Shown: positions 37,779-46,845, counted from the stretch's first letter. The stretch is DNA of 64,000 nt from Candidatus Moraniibacteriota bacterium (GCA_041596615.1 JBFHIG010000001.1:5262-69261), one strand, 5' to 3'. Numbers and translations are program-made. The notes: generated by a model from the sequence alone, not told the origin.

Positions 37779-38993
37779 TTATTTATATCTCAATGCATCT
37801 AGCGGATCAAGAGAGCTGGCTCTTTTTGCAGGGACAAGCCCCGTTGCGAAGCCAACCATAGTTGCTGCTATTACGATTGTTACGATAAACCAAAGTGGTG
37901 AATAAAAGAGGTCTATTGGTTCTCCACCAAATCGCCCAGAAACAAAATTCAAAAGTAGATTAAAAGCCTCACCCTCGAGCATACCCATTAAAATTCCTGC
38001 AAGTCCGCCAAAAAATCCCATTACAGAGGATTCTGCCACAAAGGTGAGCAAGATATCTTGATTTGAAACCCCGATTGATTTCATGATTCCAATTTCCTGA
38101 GTTCTTTCCATGAGAGTCACGGTCATAGTGTTGAACATTCCAATGGCAGAAACAAACAAGGCGATGATTCCAAACATTCCGAGCACGATTTGAATTACAC
38201 GAAAAACTTTATTGGCTTGATCCACCGTTTCTGAGAGTGATGAAACCATAAAGCCTTTTTCTGTTAACACGTCTCTTAGTCTGTTTACATCTCCGGAATT
38301 TTTTGCCTTTACTTTTGCTTTTGAAAAGCGTGGAATTGTCGTATATTCAAGGACATCTTTGATGTTTACATATACAAGTGGCTCATCTTTTTCAATTACA
38401 CCAACGATTTCAAATGGCTCAGGGATTTCCACTTTTTTAAAAGATTCATTCGCAACGCTATTCTCAGTATCACCGGTGTTTTCAGGAACTCTAATCTCGA
38501 TTCCAATTTTTTGACCGATTATTTGATCGGCTTCTTGTTTGAATATTTTTGTGAAGGCAGAGGTCACAATTACACCATTCTTTTTTTCATCACTAAGTTC
38601 CTCTCCTTCATCAACTGCAATTCCATCCAATTTCAAGAAAGAGGAAGTGACAATATACGTGGAGATCGAAGATGTTAATTCGTTGAAATTGATTTGAGAA
38701 GTGATTTGTAGCAAGGGGCTCACCTCGGTTACGTTGTCTATGCTTGAGAGCTCTGTTACAACTTGAGGAGTAATCACTGCTTGCCCTTCGCTTGAAGGAC
38801 TTACATCAAGTGCAAGCAAGGAGTCGGAAGTGGTGATTTTTTCTAAAAGGACATTTTGTAAACCATACCCAAGTGACACCAGAAACAGAATTGCAGAGAT
38901 TCCAACGCCCATCCCAAGAATTGTCAAAAGAGTACGCGTGGTACGCGCCTTAAACATTCTTGTTGATAATTTTAAGATATCCAGTAATCTCAT
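37779..38993 (-). CDS. ABC transporter permease, MacB/FtsX family
   Basis: N-terminal TM, large periplasmic domain and a C-terminal FtsX 3-TM module (IGIMKSIGVSNQDIL...). Paired with the upstream ATPase. Confidence 0.8.
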   Translation of the reverse strand: MRLLDILKLSTRMFKARTTRTLLTILGMGVGISAILFLVSLGYGLQNVLLEKITTSDSLLALDVSPSSEGQAVITPQVVTELSSIDNVTEVSPLLQITSQINFNELTSSISTYIVTSSFLKLDGIAVDEGEELSDEKKNGVIVTSAFTKIFKQEADQIIGQKIGIEIRVPENTGDTENSVANESFKKVEIPEPFEIVGVIEKDEPLVYVNIKDVLEYTTIPRFSKAKVKAKNSGDVNRLRDVLTEKGFMVSSLSETVDQANKVFRVIQIVLGMFGIIALFVSAIGMFNTMTVTLMERTQEIGIMKSIGVSNQDILLTFVAESSVMGFFGGLAGILMGMLEGEAFNLLLNFVSGRFGGEPIDLFYSPLWFIVTIVIAATMVGFATGLVPAKRASSLDPLDALRYK

Positions 38994-39017
38994 TTTAAGA
39001 TAATAATGCTAAGTTTT

Positions 39018-40340
39018 TTACCCGTAGTTCAAGAGCATGATAATTTCAACTTCACGCGCCATTTTTTCCGCAGTTCTTTTGTCCATGCCAACTCCTCCAT
39101 CGCGTAGTGGAAGATCAAATCCTTTTTGAATTTCAATAATAGAAATTTTGTTTTTAAGTCGCAATGAAAGCAACAGTATCGAGCGCTTTTTCTGTTCTTC
39201 GGATAAAGTCAGTTCGAAAATATTAACTAAATAATCTAAAAATATTTTTGCTGATTCCGCTGGATTTTTCAGATCAATTTTTCTTCGAGTTGAGATTATT
39301 CCCAACGCTCTTTTGGCAAAATTTTCTGCGTTTCTTTTGTCCCAACCTGCGCCACCTTCGCTCATGTCTATATCTAATTTTTCTATGAATTCATCCAAGG
39401 AGAGCTTTGCTAAAAGGAAATCTTCCAAACTTTTACTGGACCTGTCAATCTGCTCATAGGTCTTTGAAAGCATAATATGTGAAAAAAGTTGTTGAGCCTT
39501 GAATGGTGCCAACAAGACACCAATTTGAGAAAGCGATAAATCTTGAAAGGCTCGCATAAGCATTTTGAGATCAGGTGCAATTTTCTCACTTGTCTCAATT
39601 TCCTCCGGCATCGGTTCTTCAGGAGATATTTTATTTTTTACAATTTCTTCCTTGATTATTTTGCCATCACGCATGTACAGAATGCGATCCCCGTATCGTA
39701 GATGACTAGCATCATGAGTAACGAGGATAATCATTTTCTTATCTTTTTTATTCAAGTCGTCTAGAATTTTCATTACATTGTGCTTTGAAATAGAGTCTAG
39801 ATTTCCAACAGGTTCATCGGCAAGGATGATGTCAGGGTTGTTTGAGAGAGAGCGTGCAATTGAAACACGTTGTTTTTGTCCACCAGAAAGTTCACCAGGC
39901 ATCTTGGTTGCTTGATTTGCGATTCCAAAACGGTTCAAAAGTGTTTGCGCCTCCTCGTTTCTTTTTTTGATGCTCGCTCCACCAGCAGTTTTTGGCAAAC
40001 AAACATTATCCAAGACATTTAAAGAGGGAATTAAGTAGAAAGCTTGGAAAATCAAACCAATTTTTCTTCTATGAAATTCAACCTTATCTTTTTTATTCAA
40101 ATCATAAACCGACTGATCTCCAATAATTACTTTTCCCGCAGAAGGCTTCTGAAGCCCTGCTATTGTATAGAGTAGCGTTGATTTTCCGCAACCAGAAGGC
40201 CCAAAAATTATTACGTATTCTTCGGGGTATAATTTTAGGTTTGCATCAACAAGAGAGCGAACCTCATTTGATTCGCCTTGATTATAGGTAACATCAACTT
40301 TCTCCACCCTAATTAAAGGTCCCTTGGTTTTGTTTATCAT
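39018..40340 (-). CDS. ABC transporter ATP-binding protein with a C-terminal extension of about 210 aa carrying an internal duplication
   Basis: Walker A GPSGCGKST, signature LSGGQKQRVSIAR, Walker B ILADEPVGNLD. The tail has two copies of a (L/F)D..(M/L)..GG.G.DKR.AE..A motif. Confidence 0.85.
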   Translation of the reverse strand: MINKTKGPLIRVEKVDVTYNQGESNEVRSLVDANLKLYPEEYVIIFGPSGCGKSTLLYTIAGLQKPSAGKVIIGDQSVYDLNKKDKVEFHRRKIGLIFQAFYLIPSLNVLDNVCLPKTAGGASIKKRNEEAQTLLNRFGIANQATKMPGELSGGQKQRVSIARSLSNNPDIILADEPVGNLDSISKHNVMKILDDLNKKDKKMIILVTHDASHLRYGDRILYMRDGKIIKEEIVKNKISPEEPMPEEIETSEKIAPDLKMLMRAFQDLSLSQIGVLLAPFKAQQLFSHIMLSKTYEQIDRSSKSLEDFLLAKLSLDEFIEKLDIDMSEGGAGWDKRNAENFAKRALGIISTRRKIDLKNPAESAKIFLDYLVNIFELTLSEEQKKRSILLLSLRLKNKISIIEIQKGFDLPLRDGGVGMDKRTAEKMAREVEIIMLLNYG

Positions 40341-40443
40341 TTAGCGTTTTTGTTTTGTTTGTGAAACTAAAAAATACGCAAGAAGCAATTTTTAGTCTTT
40401 CAGAAACAATTATACCACCAAAAGTAGTCTTTTGAAAGTTGTC

Positions 40444-41358
40444 TTATTTAATCTCAATTTTAGCCAAGCGCCACTTTCCGGCAAGGTCTAAAAAGAAGTC
40501 CATTTTAGTTTTTTTTGAGTCAAAATTTTGGGTAACGAAAGTCGAAAGCGATTCTTTTTGTTCAGGTGAAATCTCAAGAAGTGCAAAAATTTCAAGGTCA
40601 GAATTGTTTTTTTTAATCTCTAAAAGTTGGCCAAGCATTTTCTTATAATGGAAAAGTCCATCTTCTGGTGAATAAAGAGCTGATTTTGGCTCAAATTCCT
40701 GCACTGTTTTCGGTGTGGCAAGATAGATTTCTTCTGAAAGATAGGGGAGGTTGGCAAGAGTAACCAAAACCTCTTTACTATCAAGCAAATTATTTTTGGT
40801 TATTGGCGCTAAGAGGTCGCCACTAAAAGTAGAGATATTTTTTTTAAGAGAGTGTCTGATAATATTTTGTTTGCAAATTTCAAGAGCTGAACCTGAAAAA
40901 TCACAGGCCACAATTGAGGCTTCCGGGGAGAGGAGATTTTCTTTTTGCAAAAAAACAGCAGTGCTGATTGCGATGCAACCAGAGCCCGTGCCAATATCAG
41001 CAATCAGAATCTTCTTTTCCCCAATATCCCTAACTGTTTTGACGGCTTCTTCAATTATTTGTTCTGTTTCTGGACGAGGGATGAGAGTATCGGGTGTGAC
41101 AGTAAAGGAAAGTCCCATAAACTCTTTTTCGCCTGAAATATGTGAAAAAGGCTCATCTTTTGCACGACGAGCAACAAATCCTTTGAATTTTTGCAGTTCA
41201 GTATCAGAAAGTTCGGTTTCGGGATGAGCAAGAATTTCCTCGCGAGATTTCCCAGTCGCCAAAGAAAGCAAAAGTTCCGCCTCAAAGTGGGGGAGCGGGA
41301 TGGAACAACTTTCGAGTTTTGTAGTTGCTGCTTTTAGTTGTTGAGAGATTTCATTCAT
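40444..41358 (-). CDS. prmC: Release-factor glutamine N5-methyltransferase PrmC/HemK-like
   Basis: SAM motif ILIADIGTGSGCIA. The catalytic tetrapeptide reads NLPY instead of NPPY. The ATG at 41358 is preferred; the track start is 41418. Confidence 0.75.
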   Translation of the reverse strand: MNEISQQLKAATTKLESCSIPLPHFEAELLLSLATGKSREEILAHPETELSDTELQKFKGFVARRAKDEPFSHISGEKEFMGLSFTVTPDTLIPRPETEQIIEEAVKTVRDIGEKKILIADIGTGSGCIAISTAVFLQKENLLSPEASIVACDFSGSALEICKQNIIRHSLKKNISTFSGDLLAPITKNNLLDSKEVLVTLANLPYLSEEIYLATPKTVQEFEPKSALYSPEDGLFHYKKMLGQLLEIKKNNSDLEIFALLEISPEQKESLSTFVTQNFDSKKTKMDFFLDLAGKWRLAKIEIK

Positions 41359-41488
41359 GGCTAAAATTGTTTTATTTTGTTGACGAGGGCTTTTTTGGAT
41401 GCTATTCTGATGAATCAATTTGGAAGAGGTGATTTGCTTGGCGGAAGAAAGTAATATAAGTACCTAAAAATCTACGTTTGGTGGCAAA

Positions 41489-42001
41489 ATGAAGAAAAAT
41501 TCTGGTGTTGTGCCCGTTGGCAACTTTGTTTTTATCGAAAATTCAGGAGTTGCAATGCATGGGTATGGAGTCGTGGTGGATGTTGATTTCTGGAAAAAGA
41601 GAGTCCAAGAAGATGATCTTGGGATGCTCGAAAGTTTCGACAAGTACGCCAAGGAAGGAGTATTCCAACCGACATCCATAATGCTTCTCTCAGAAAGAAT
41701 TGATTGTCGAAATGTGCCAAAAGATCAAGGAAATTTTTGGTCCAGAGAAAAGTATGTACAGAAGTTTGTTTGGGTGGCTGCAACTTATCTTGTTCGTTTT
41801 AATGACGCAGAAGAGTTCTTTGAAGCTATGGAGCAGGTGAAATGTTTTGCTGGGGGATTATCGACTAAATATATCGAATCTGTGATCTTTAATGCAGGTG
41901 AAATCAGAAAATATCTTGAAAAACCAAGCTACTCTTCTGAACTCTGCGAGCTCTATGAGCAGGCATTCCCTGGCATGAAAGCAGTCGAGCATTCCCTCTA
42001 A
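41489..42001 (+). CDS. Hypothetical protein, on the opposite strand between prmC and prfA
   Basis: 170-aa ORF with protein-like composition and no motif. Followed by a strong hairpin. Confidence 0.45.
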   Translation: MKKNSGVVPVGNFVFIENSGVAMHGYGVVVDVDFWKKRVQEDDLGMLESFDKYAKEGVFQPTSIMLLSERIDCRNVPKDQGNFWSREKYVQKFVWVAATYLVRFNDAEEFFEAMEQVKCFAGGLSTKYIESVIFNAGEIRKYLEKPSYSSELCELYEQAFPGMKAVEHSL

Positions 42002-42056
42002 CATTTCCCTGTATGAAAGGGGCGCAAGTAAAAAAGATCTATCAAGGTCCACCAAA

Positions 42057-42091
42057 AGGACTATTGCAATTAAATCAATTGCAATGGTCCT
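42057..42091. terminator. Bidirectional terminator (serves ORF 41489..42001 and prfA)
   Basis: AGGACTATTGCAATT / AATTGCAATGGTCCT 15-bp stem with one mismatch, 5-nt loop, A4 on the left and T5 on the right. Ends 4 nt before the prfA stop codon. Confidence 0.7.
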
Positions 42092-42095
42092 TTTT

Positions 42096-43163
42096 CTATT
42101 CTTCTTTTCCCAGGATTCTCTTTTGATCTTCCGCGACAATTGCTTCAATGATTTTTCCAACGTCTCCGTTCAAGATTCCTTCCATATTTGACCAACTTTG
42201 TTTGATGCGATGGTCGGTGATGCGGTCTTGAGGAAAGTTGTATGTTCGAATTTTTTCACTTCGGTCTCCAGTCCCGATTTGACTCAAACGAGCTTCTCCA
42301 GCTTCTTTCATTTCCTTCTCTTCTTTGATTGCCAAGATTCGACTTCGCAAAACTTTCATCGCTTTGTCTTTATTTTTGTGTTGGGATTTCTGATCCTGAC
42401 AAGAGGCAACTGCGCCAGTTGGAATGTGTGTGATTCGCACAGCGCTGTTTGTGGTGTTTACACTCTGTCCTCCAGGTCCAGAAGATGCATAGGTATCAAT
42501 TCGAAGGTCACTAGCTTCAATTTCAAGTTCCACATCCTCAACTTGAGGCAAAACAGCAACTGTTGCAGTCGAAGTGTGAATCCGTCCTTGTTTTTCAGTT
42601 TCAGGGATTCGCTGAACACGATGAACTCCAGATTCATACTTCATGTTGCTATAGACATTTTCTCCTGTGATTTCAAAGTTGACTTCTTTGAACCCACCAA
42701 CTTCATTTTGGTGTGAATCCAAGAGTGAAAGTTTCCAGCCATTTTTTTCAGCAAAACGAGAATACATACGAAACAATGTTCCCGCAAACAAAGAAGCTTC
42801 ATCACCACCAGCACCAGCACGAATTTCAACGATGATATCCTTTTCATCATTTGGGTCTTTGGGGATCAAAAGCAGATTCAAAGTTTGCTCTGTTTTTGCG
42901 ATTTCACTTTGGATGCGAACATTTTCTTCACGAGCCATTTCTGCCATTTCTTCATCTTCTTCCATCGCAGCCATTTCTTCATTTTCAACGAATTCTTTTT
43001 GTAGAATTGAGATTTTTTCGCTATTTTCAATCACTTCCAAAAGATAGCTTCGGCGATTTGCCAAAGTTTTCATCTTTGAGGAGTTGGTAAAGTTGCTAGG
43101 ATCGTTTAGTTCCTTTTCAATTTTGGCAAGTTCTTCTTTAAAGGATTCGGTTTTCGGATTCAT
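42096..43163 (-). CDS. prfA: Peptide chain release factor 1
   Basis: GGQ motif ([11 protein letters not shown]) and RF1-type P-x-T tripeptide ([14 protein letters not shown]). Confidence 0.95.
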   Translation of the reverse strand: MNPKTESFKEELAKIEKELNDPSNFTNSSKMKTLANRRSYLLEVIENSEKISILQKEFVENEEMAAMEEDEEMAEMAREENVRIQSEIAKTEQTLNLLLIPKDPNDEKDIIVEIRAGAGGDEASLFAGTLFRMYSRFAEKNGWKLSLLDSHQNEVGGFKEVNFEITGENVYSNMKYESGVHRVQRIPETEKQGRIHTSTATVAVLPQVEDVELEIEASDLRIDTYASSGPGGQSVNTTNSAVRITHIPTGAVASCQDQKSQHKNKDKAMKVLRSRILAIKEEKEMKEAGEARLSQIGTGDRSEKIRTYNFPQDRITDHRIKQSWSNMEGILNGDVGKIIEAIVAEDQKRILGKEE

Positions 43164-43294
43164 AAATATATTTAGAAAGTCTTTAATTTAGTCTATTTGC
43201 ACCCAATTCAAAACAAAAACAAGGCGCAAGTCCTATCAATAGTTAAATATAGCTTATTTGGAGGGGATTTTCAAGAGGGAGCCTAGAACGCTAG

Positions 43295-43402
43295 TTGCCA
43301 TTGACAAATTACTTAAAATGTGCTATGGTGTCTATAATTTCATTTTAATATGCAATTAACGTAGAGGCTTGAATTCTCAAGCAAAAAGGACGGGGGAATG
43401 AA
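43295..43402 (+). promoter_or_regulatory. Conserved promoter plus 5' leader module, copy 1
   Basis: TTGACA (43301..43306), 17 bp, extended -10 TGCTATGGT (43321..43329). Leader hairpin GCTTGA-ATTC-TCAAGC (43367..43382), then ACGGGGGAA Shine-Dalgarno. Homologous to 54646..54758 and 54086..54193. Confidence 0.6.
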
Positions 43403-43738
43403 ATGCAAATTTATAAAAATGTTGGTTGGATATTGTTTGGAATGATGTTGGCAGTTGGACTTATCGAAGGTAAAAATTATTTCTTTCCACAAAAAGTGGA
43501 ATTTAAAAATGTATACCTTACTACTTTTTCTGCAAAGAAGGGTTCACCAAGAATCCTTTATGCATCCTATGCGGGGATAAACTCAGTTATCACAATTGCC
43601 AGTGACAAAAAAGAGGCGCAGGAATTTGTGATGGAAGATATGAAAAAAATGTATAGCCCAGAAGATGGATGGGGAGACTATACAATCGTTACGGACAAAG
43701 TAAGGAAAGAGCTCTTGGCCAATATCCGCAAAGAGTAA
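43403..43738 (+). CDS. Small signal-anchored protein, cassette family member 1
   Basis: 111 aa with an N-terminal TM. The C-terminal KKMYSPEDGW resembles KDLYPEKDGW in the 54194 paralog. Confidence 0.55.
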   Translation: MQIYKNVGWILFGMMLAVGLIEGKNYFFPQKVEFKNVYLTTFSAKKGSPRILYASYAGINSVITIASDKKEAQEFVMEDMKKMYSPEDGWGDYTIVTDKVRKELLANIRKE

Positions 43739-43777
43739 AGACTCAAATTAGGGTCAAAACAGAGCAAACGCTCGAAA

Positions 43778-43812
43778 AACCGCTGTATGCAATTTGCACC
43801 CAGTGGTTTTTT
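43778..43812 (+). terminator. Cassette-family terminator, copy a
   Basis: AACCGCTG / CAGTGGTT stem (one G:U), loop containing GCAATTTGC, then TTTTTT. Homologous to 53992, 54576 and 55133. Confidence 0.6.
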
Positions 43813-44036
43813 ACGTGGGGGATTTGTTGAATGGGTTGGGGATGGTTTTTGTTTTTGGTAGAGAGGGGAAGACGGAAATAATACAGTTGAAATACTGGTC
43901 AAACACAAAGAGAGATTGTATAATAAAAGTAGGTTCCTTGTGAGTATAGGAGCTTTAAGAAGAATTAATAAATCTAGAGGAAACCCAGCTTCAATGTGAA
44001 GTATTCATAGAACTTCTAATTATTGACAAAAATACA

Positions 44037-44630
44037 ATGAGAAAAATAATTGTCATAGAATTTATTACATTAGATGGGGTCATACAAGCGCCTGGTGGAC
44101 CCAAAGAAGACACTTCGGGTGGTTTCAAATACGGAGGTTGGGTTACACCATATTTTGACGAAGCCGCTGGTAAGATTATGGAAAAACAAATGAGCCCCGC
44201 GGATCTTCTTTTGGGCAGAAAAACATTTGAAATTTTTGCCTCCTATTGGCCCGAACATGCAGACAATTGGCCAGGCATCAATGATGTCACTAAATATGTC
44301 ATGTCCAAGACCATGAAAAAGTCAGATTGGAAAAATACGGTATTTCTAAAAAGTTTGGAGGATATAAAAAAACTCAAAAACGGGGAAGGCTCTGATATCA
44401 AAGTTTGGGGCAGTAGCAAGCTCGCGCAACTGTTATTCGAGCATGATTTAGTGGATGAACTTTGGCTCAAAATTTTTCCGTTGACACTTGGCAAGGGAAA
44501 AAAGTTATTTGGAGACGGCACAATTTCAGCAGCTTTAAAATTAGCAGAGAGTTCCGTTACACCAAGTGGTGTGATTATTGCTAATTACAAACGAGCAGGA
44601 GAGATTAAAACGGGCACTGTTGAGGCTTAA
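44037..44630 (+). CDS. Dihydrofolate-reductase-family protein (RibD C-terminal domain type)
   Basis: IEFITLDGVIQAPGGP...GRKTFEIFASYWP...VWGSSKLAQLL...LVDELWLKIFPLTLGKGKKLF. Confidence 0.75.
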   Translation: MRKIIVIEFITLDGVIQAPGGPKEDTSGGFKYGGWVTPYFDEAAGKIMEKQMSPADLLLGRKTFEIFASYWPEHADNWPGINDVTKYVMSKTMKKSDWKNTVFLKSLEDIKKLKNGEGSDIKVWGSSKLAQLLFEHDLVDELWLKIFPLTLGKGKKLFGDGTISAALKLAESSVTPSGVIIANYKRAGEIKTGTVEA

Positions 44631-44691
44631 GTGGCCAATTAATTAGCAATAAATGTATCAAAGAAGATAATAACTAATTAATAAAAATATT

Positions 44692-45129
44692 ATGTCAAAA
44701 ACAAGCATATACTTAAATTTTAATGGAAATACCGAAGAGGCATTTAGCTTTTACAAAACTGTTTTTGGGACGGACTTTATTGGTAATCTCGTGCGTAACG
44801 GTGATATGCCAAAAACAGCTGGATTCCCTGAGCTTTCAGATCAAGAGAAAGATCTCATTATGCATGTGGCTTTACCAATTCTTGGTGGAATCCAATTAAT
44901 GGGCACTGATGTTTTAGAGTCAATGGGTATGAAAGTGACATTTGGTAATAATGTCTTTATAAATCTTGAACCAGACACTCGAGAAGAAACATACCGTCTA
45001 TTCAAGGCGTTATCAGAGGGTGGAAAAGTTGATATGGAACTCCAGGAAATGTTTTGGGGTGACTACTTCGGTTCATGCCAAGATAAATTTGGTGTGCGAT
45101 GGATGTTTAATTGTGCGAGTAAGGAATAA
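44692..45129 (+). CDS. VOC-superfamily protein, PhnB-like
   Basis: YLNFNGNTEEAFSFYKTVFG...MHVAL...GGIQLMGTD...FGVRWMFN. Confidence 0.8.
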   Translation: MSKTSIYLNFNGNTEEAFSFYKTVFGTDFIGNLVRNGDMPKTAGFPELSDQEKDLIMHVALPILGGIQLMGTDVLESMGMKVTFGNNVFINLEPDTREETYRLFKALSEGGKVDMELQEMFWGDYFGSCQDKFGVRWMFNCASKE

Positions 45130-45150
45130 AATAATAATTATTCAAAATAT

Positions 45151-45615
45151 ATGAAAATGAAAAATAAAATCACCGCTTGCTTGTGGTTTGAGAAAGACCT
45201 GCCTCAAGTGATCGAATATTACAAGAATATATTTAAAGATAATTTCAAAGTAGTCTATCTAGGAGATAAAGAAACTGGCCCGGGTGGTGAGTATCAATTT
45301 GGCACAGTTGAGATTTTTGGCAAAAATTATGACTTACTGGCAGCTGGACCAATGTTTAAGTTTACTGAGGCTGTTTCCTTGACTATAAATTGTGAGGATC
45401 AAAAGGAGACCGACTATTATTGGGAGGCACTAACCAAGAACGGTGGAGAAGAGAATGTGTGTGGTTGGTGCAAAGACAAGTATGGTTTGTCTTGGCAAGT
45501 GATACCAACAAGATTAACGGAATTGTCCACAGGAACCAATAAAAAAAAGAAAGATTATGCGATGAAGCAGATGTTTAGCATGAAAAAAATTATAATCAAA
45601 AATCTAGAGAAATAG
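45151..45615 (+). CDS. VOC-superfamily protein (3-demethylubiquinone-9 methyltransferase-like domain)
   Basis: ITACLWFEKD...VIEYYKNIF and the highly conserved CGWCKDKYGLSWQVIP block. Confidence 0.85.
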   Translation: MKMKNKITACLWFEKDLPQVIEYYKNIFKDNFKVVYLGDKETGPGGEYQFGTVEIFGKNYDLLAAGPMFKFTEAVSLTINCEDQKETDYYWEALTKNGGEENVCGWCKDKYGLSWQVIPTRLTELSTGTNKKKKDYAMKQMFSMKKIIIKNLEK

Positions 45616-45712
45616 TTCACGTGTGAACGTTATCATCGCACGGGCTTAGGCATATAAAGCAAGTGACAAGCTTCAATGTAAGTTAAAGTATGTTTAAAAT
45701 TGAACACCAAAT

Positions 45713-46141
45713 ATGAAAAAAACTAACAACAAAAAGATGGATCCCGTAGTGCATTTTGAAATGCCCTATGAAGACAAAGAGAGAATGATTACTTTTTATG
45801 AAACTGTTTTTGGTTGGGAGATGACCAAGCTTGGATCTGATATGATGGACTATGTGCTGGCAAAAACAGCTGTAGCAAATGAGAAGCAAGATACGATGCT
45901 TAAAGATGTAGCCAGGGGGACAATCGGAGGTGGCTTTTTTTCAAAGAAACCTGACTGGCCAGCACAATATCCATCCGTAGTTATTGCGGTTGATGATATC
46001 AAAGAATCAATGGAACTTATCAACAAGAACGGTGGCAATGTTTTGGGCGAGCCGATGGATATTCCAGGAACTGGTGCATTTGTTTCCTTTATGGATACTG
46101 AAGGAAATCGTGTAAGCATCATTCAACCATTGCCAATGTAG
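45713..46141 (+). CDS. Glyoxalase/bleomycin-resistance (VOC) family protein
   Basis: VVHFEMPYEDKERMITFYETVFGW...DIPGTGAFVSFMDTEGNRVSIIQ. Confidence 0.75.
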   Translation: MKKTNNKKMDPVVHFEMPYEDKERMITFYETVFGWEMTKLGSDMMDYVLAKTAVANEKQDTMLKDVARGTIGGGFFSKKPDWPAQYPSVVIAVDDIKESMELINKNGGNVLGEPMDIPGTGAFVSFMDTEGNRVSIIQPLPM

Positions 46142-46163
46142 TAATTTTTTAAGAGGAGTCAAT

Positions 46164-46463
46164 ATGAATGCGAATCAATCACTGACAAAAAAAGAAATTG
46201 CAACTGGTGTAGTTCATAAAATACCTGCTGATATGAGGGAGTCTTTAATTTCCAGCCGGAATATATTAGAAAGATGGAACAGTCTCACACCGCTAGCACG
46301 TAATGAATGGATATGCTGGGTTACAATCGTCAAGAAGCCAGAAACAAGGAAAGATCATCTGGCTCGTTTATGCGCGGAGCTTCTTAGCGGAAAACGTAGA
46401 CCTTGTTGCTGGTCAGGTTGTCCTCATCGCAAAACCAATGTAAAAAATATCCCAAATAAATAA
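46164..46463 (+). CDS. YdeI/OmpD-associated family protein
   Basis: LTPLARNEWICWVTIVKKPETRKDHLARL...GKRRPCCWSGCPHR. Confidence 0.7.
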   Translation: MNANQSLTKKEIATGVVHKIPADMRESLISSRNILERWNSLTPLARNEWICWVTIVKKPETRKDHLARLCAELLSGKRRPCCWSGCPHRKTNVKNIPNK

Positions 46464-46536
46464 GCCAGAGTTAGACAGTGAAGTTCAAAACGGTGGTGAA
46501 CAATTTTATAAACTTTTAATTTTTAAAAATAATATT

Positions 46537-46776
46537 ATGAAAACAATGATATGTAATCAGCTAGATGGTGCTTGCGATAAAGAATTTCATGCGAACTCTT
46601 TTGAAGAGATTGCAGAAATGAGTAAAAAGCATGGAACCGAGATGTTTTAAAAAGGTGATAAGTATAATCTTGAAGCAATGAGTAGGATGAAAGATATGAT
46701 GCAAAAACCCGAAGCCGCGCAAGAATGGTTTGAAAGTAAAAGAAAAGAGTTTGAGGCATTACCAGAAGAAGAATAA
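46537..46776 (+). pseudogene. DUF1059-like gene interrupted by an in-frame TAA
   Basis: Hand translation gives MKTMICNQLDGACDKEFHANSFEEIAEMSKKHGTEMF*KGDKYNLEAMSRMKDMMQKPEAAQEWFESKRKEFEALPEEE*. The TAA is at 46648..46650, where homologs as I recall them have Gln (CAA). Confidence 0.6.
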
Positions 46777-46818
46777 GGTGTCTTGAAAAATAAATTTTTG
46801 GATAGGGAAAAATTTCTT

Positions 46819-46845
46819 CGCTGGAGCGGGCTTGTAGCCCGCTCC
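46819..46845. repeat. Type-A REP hairpin
   Basis: CGCTGGAGCGGGCTTGTAGCCCGCTCC: GGAGCGGGC / GCCCGCTCC perfect 9-bp stem with a CGCT tail. Confidence 0.75.

Noticed and set aside
37534-37779. 81-aa minus-strand ORF in the smpB / ABC intergenic region
   Set aside because: It is a translation of the REP composite element. The same peptide (RLNQYGQAN...) appears in two other track ORFs that also cover repeat copies.
43900-44036. Possible riboswitch (for example THF) upstream of the DHFR-family gene
   Set aside because: I could not match the sequence to any riboswitch consensus I know. Only a weak 5-bp hairpin (GAAGT...ACTTC) is present.
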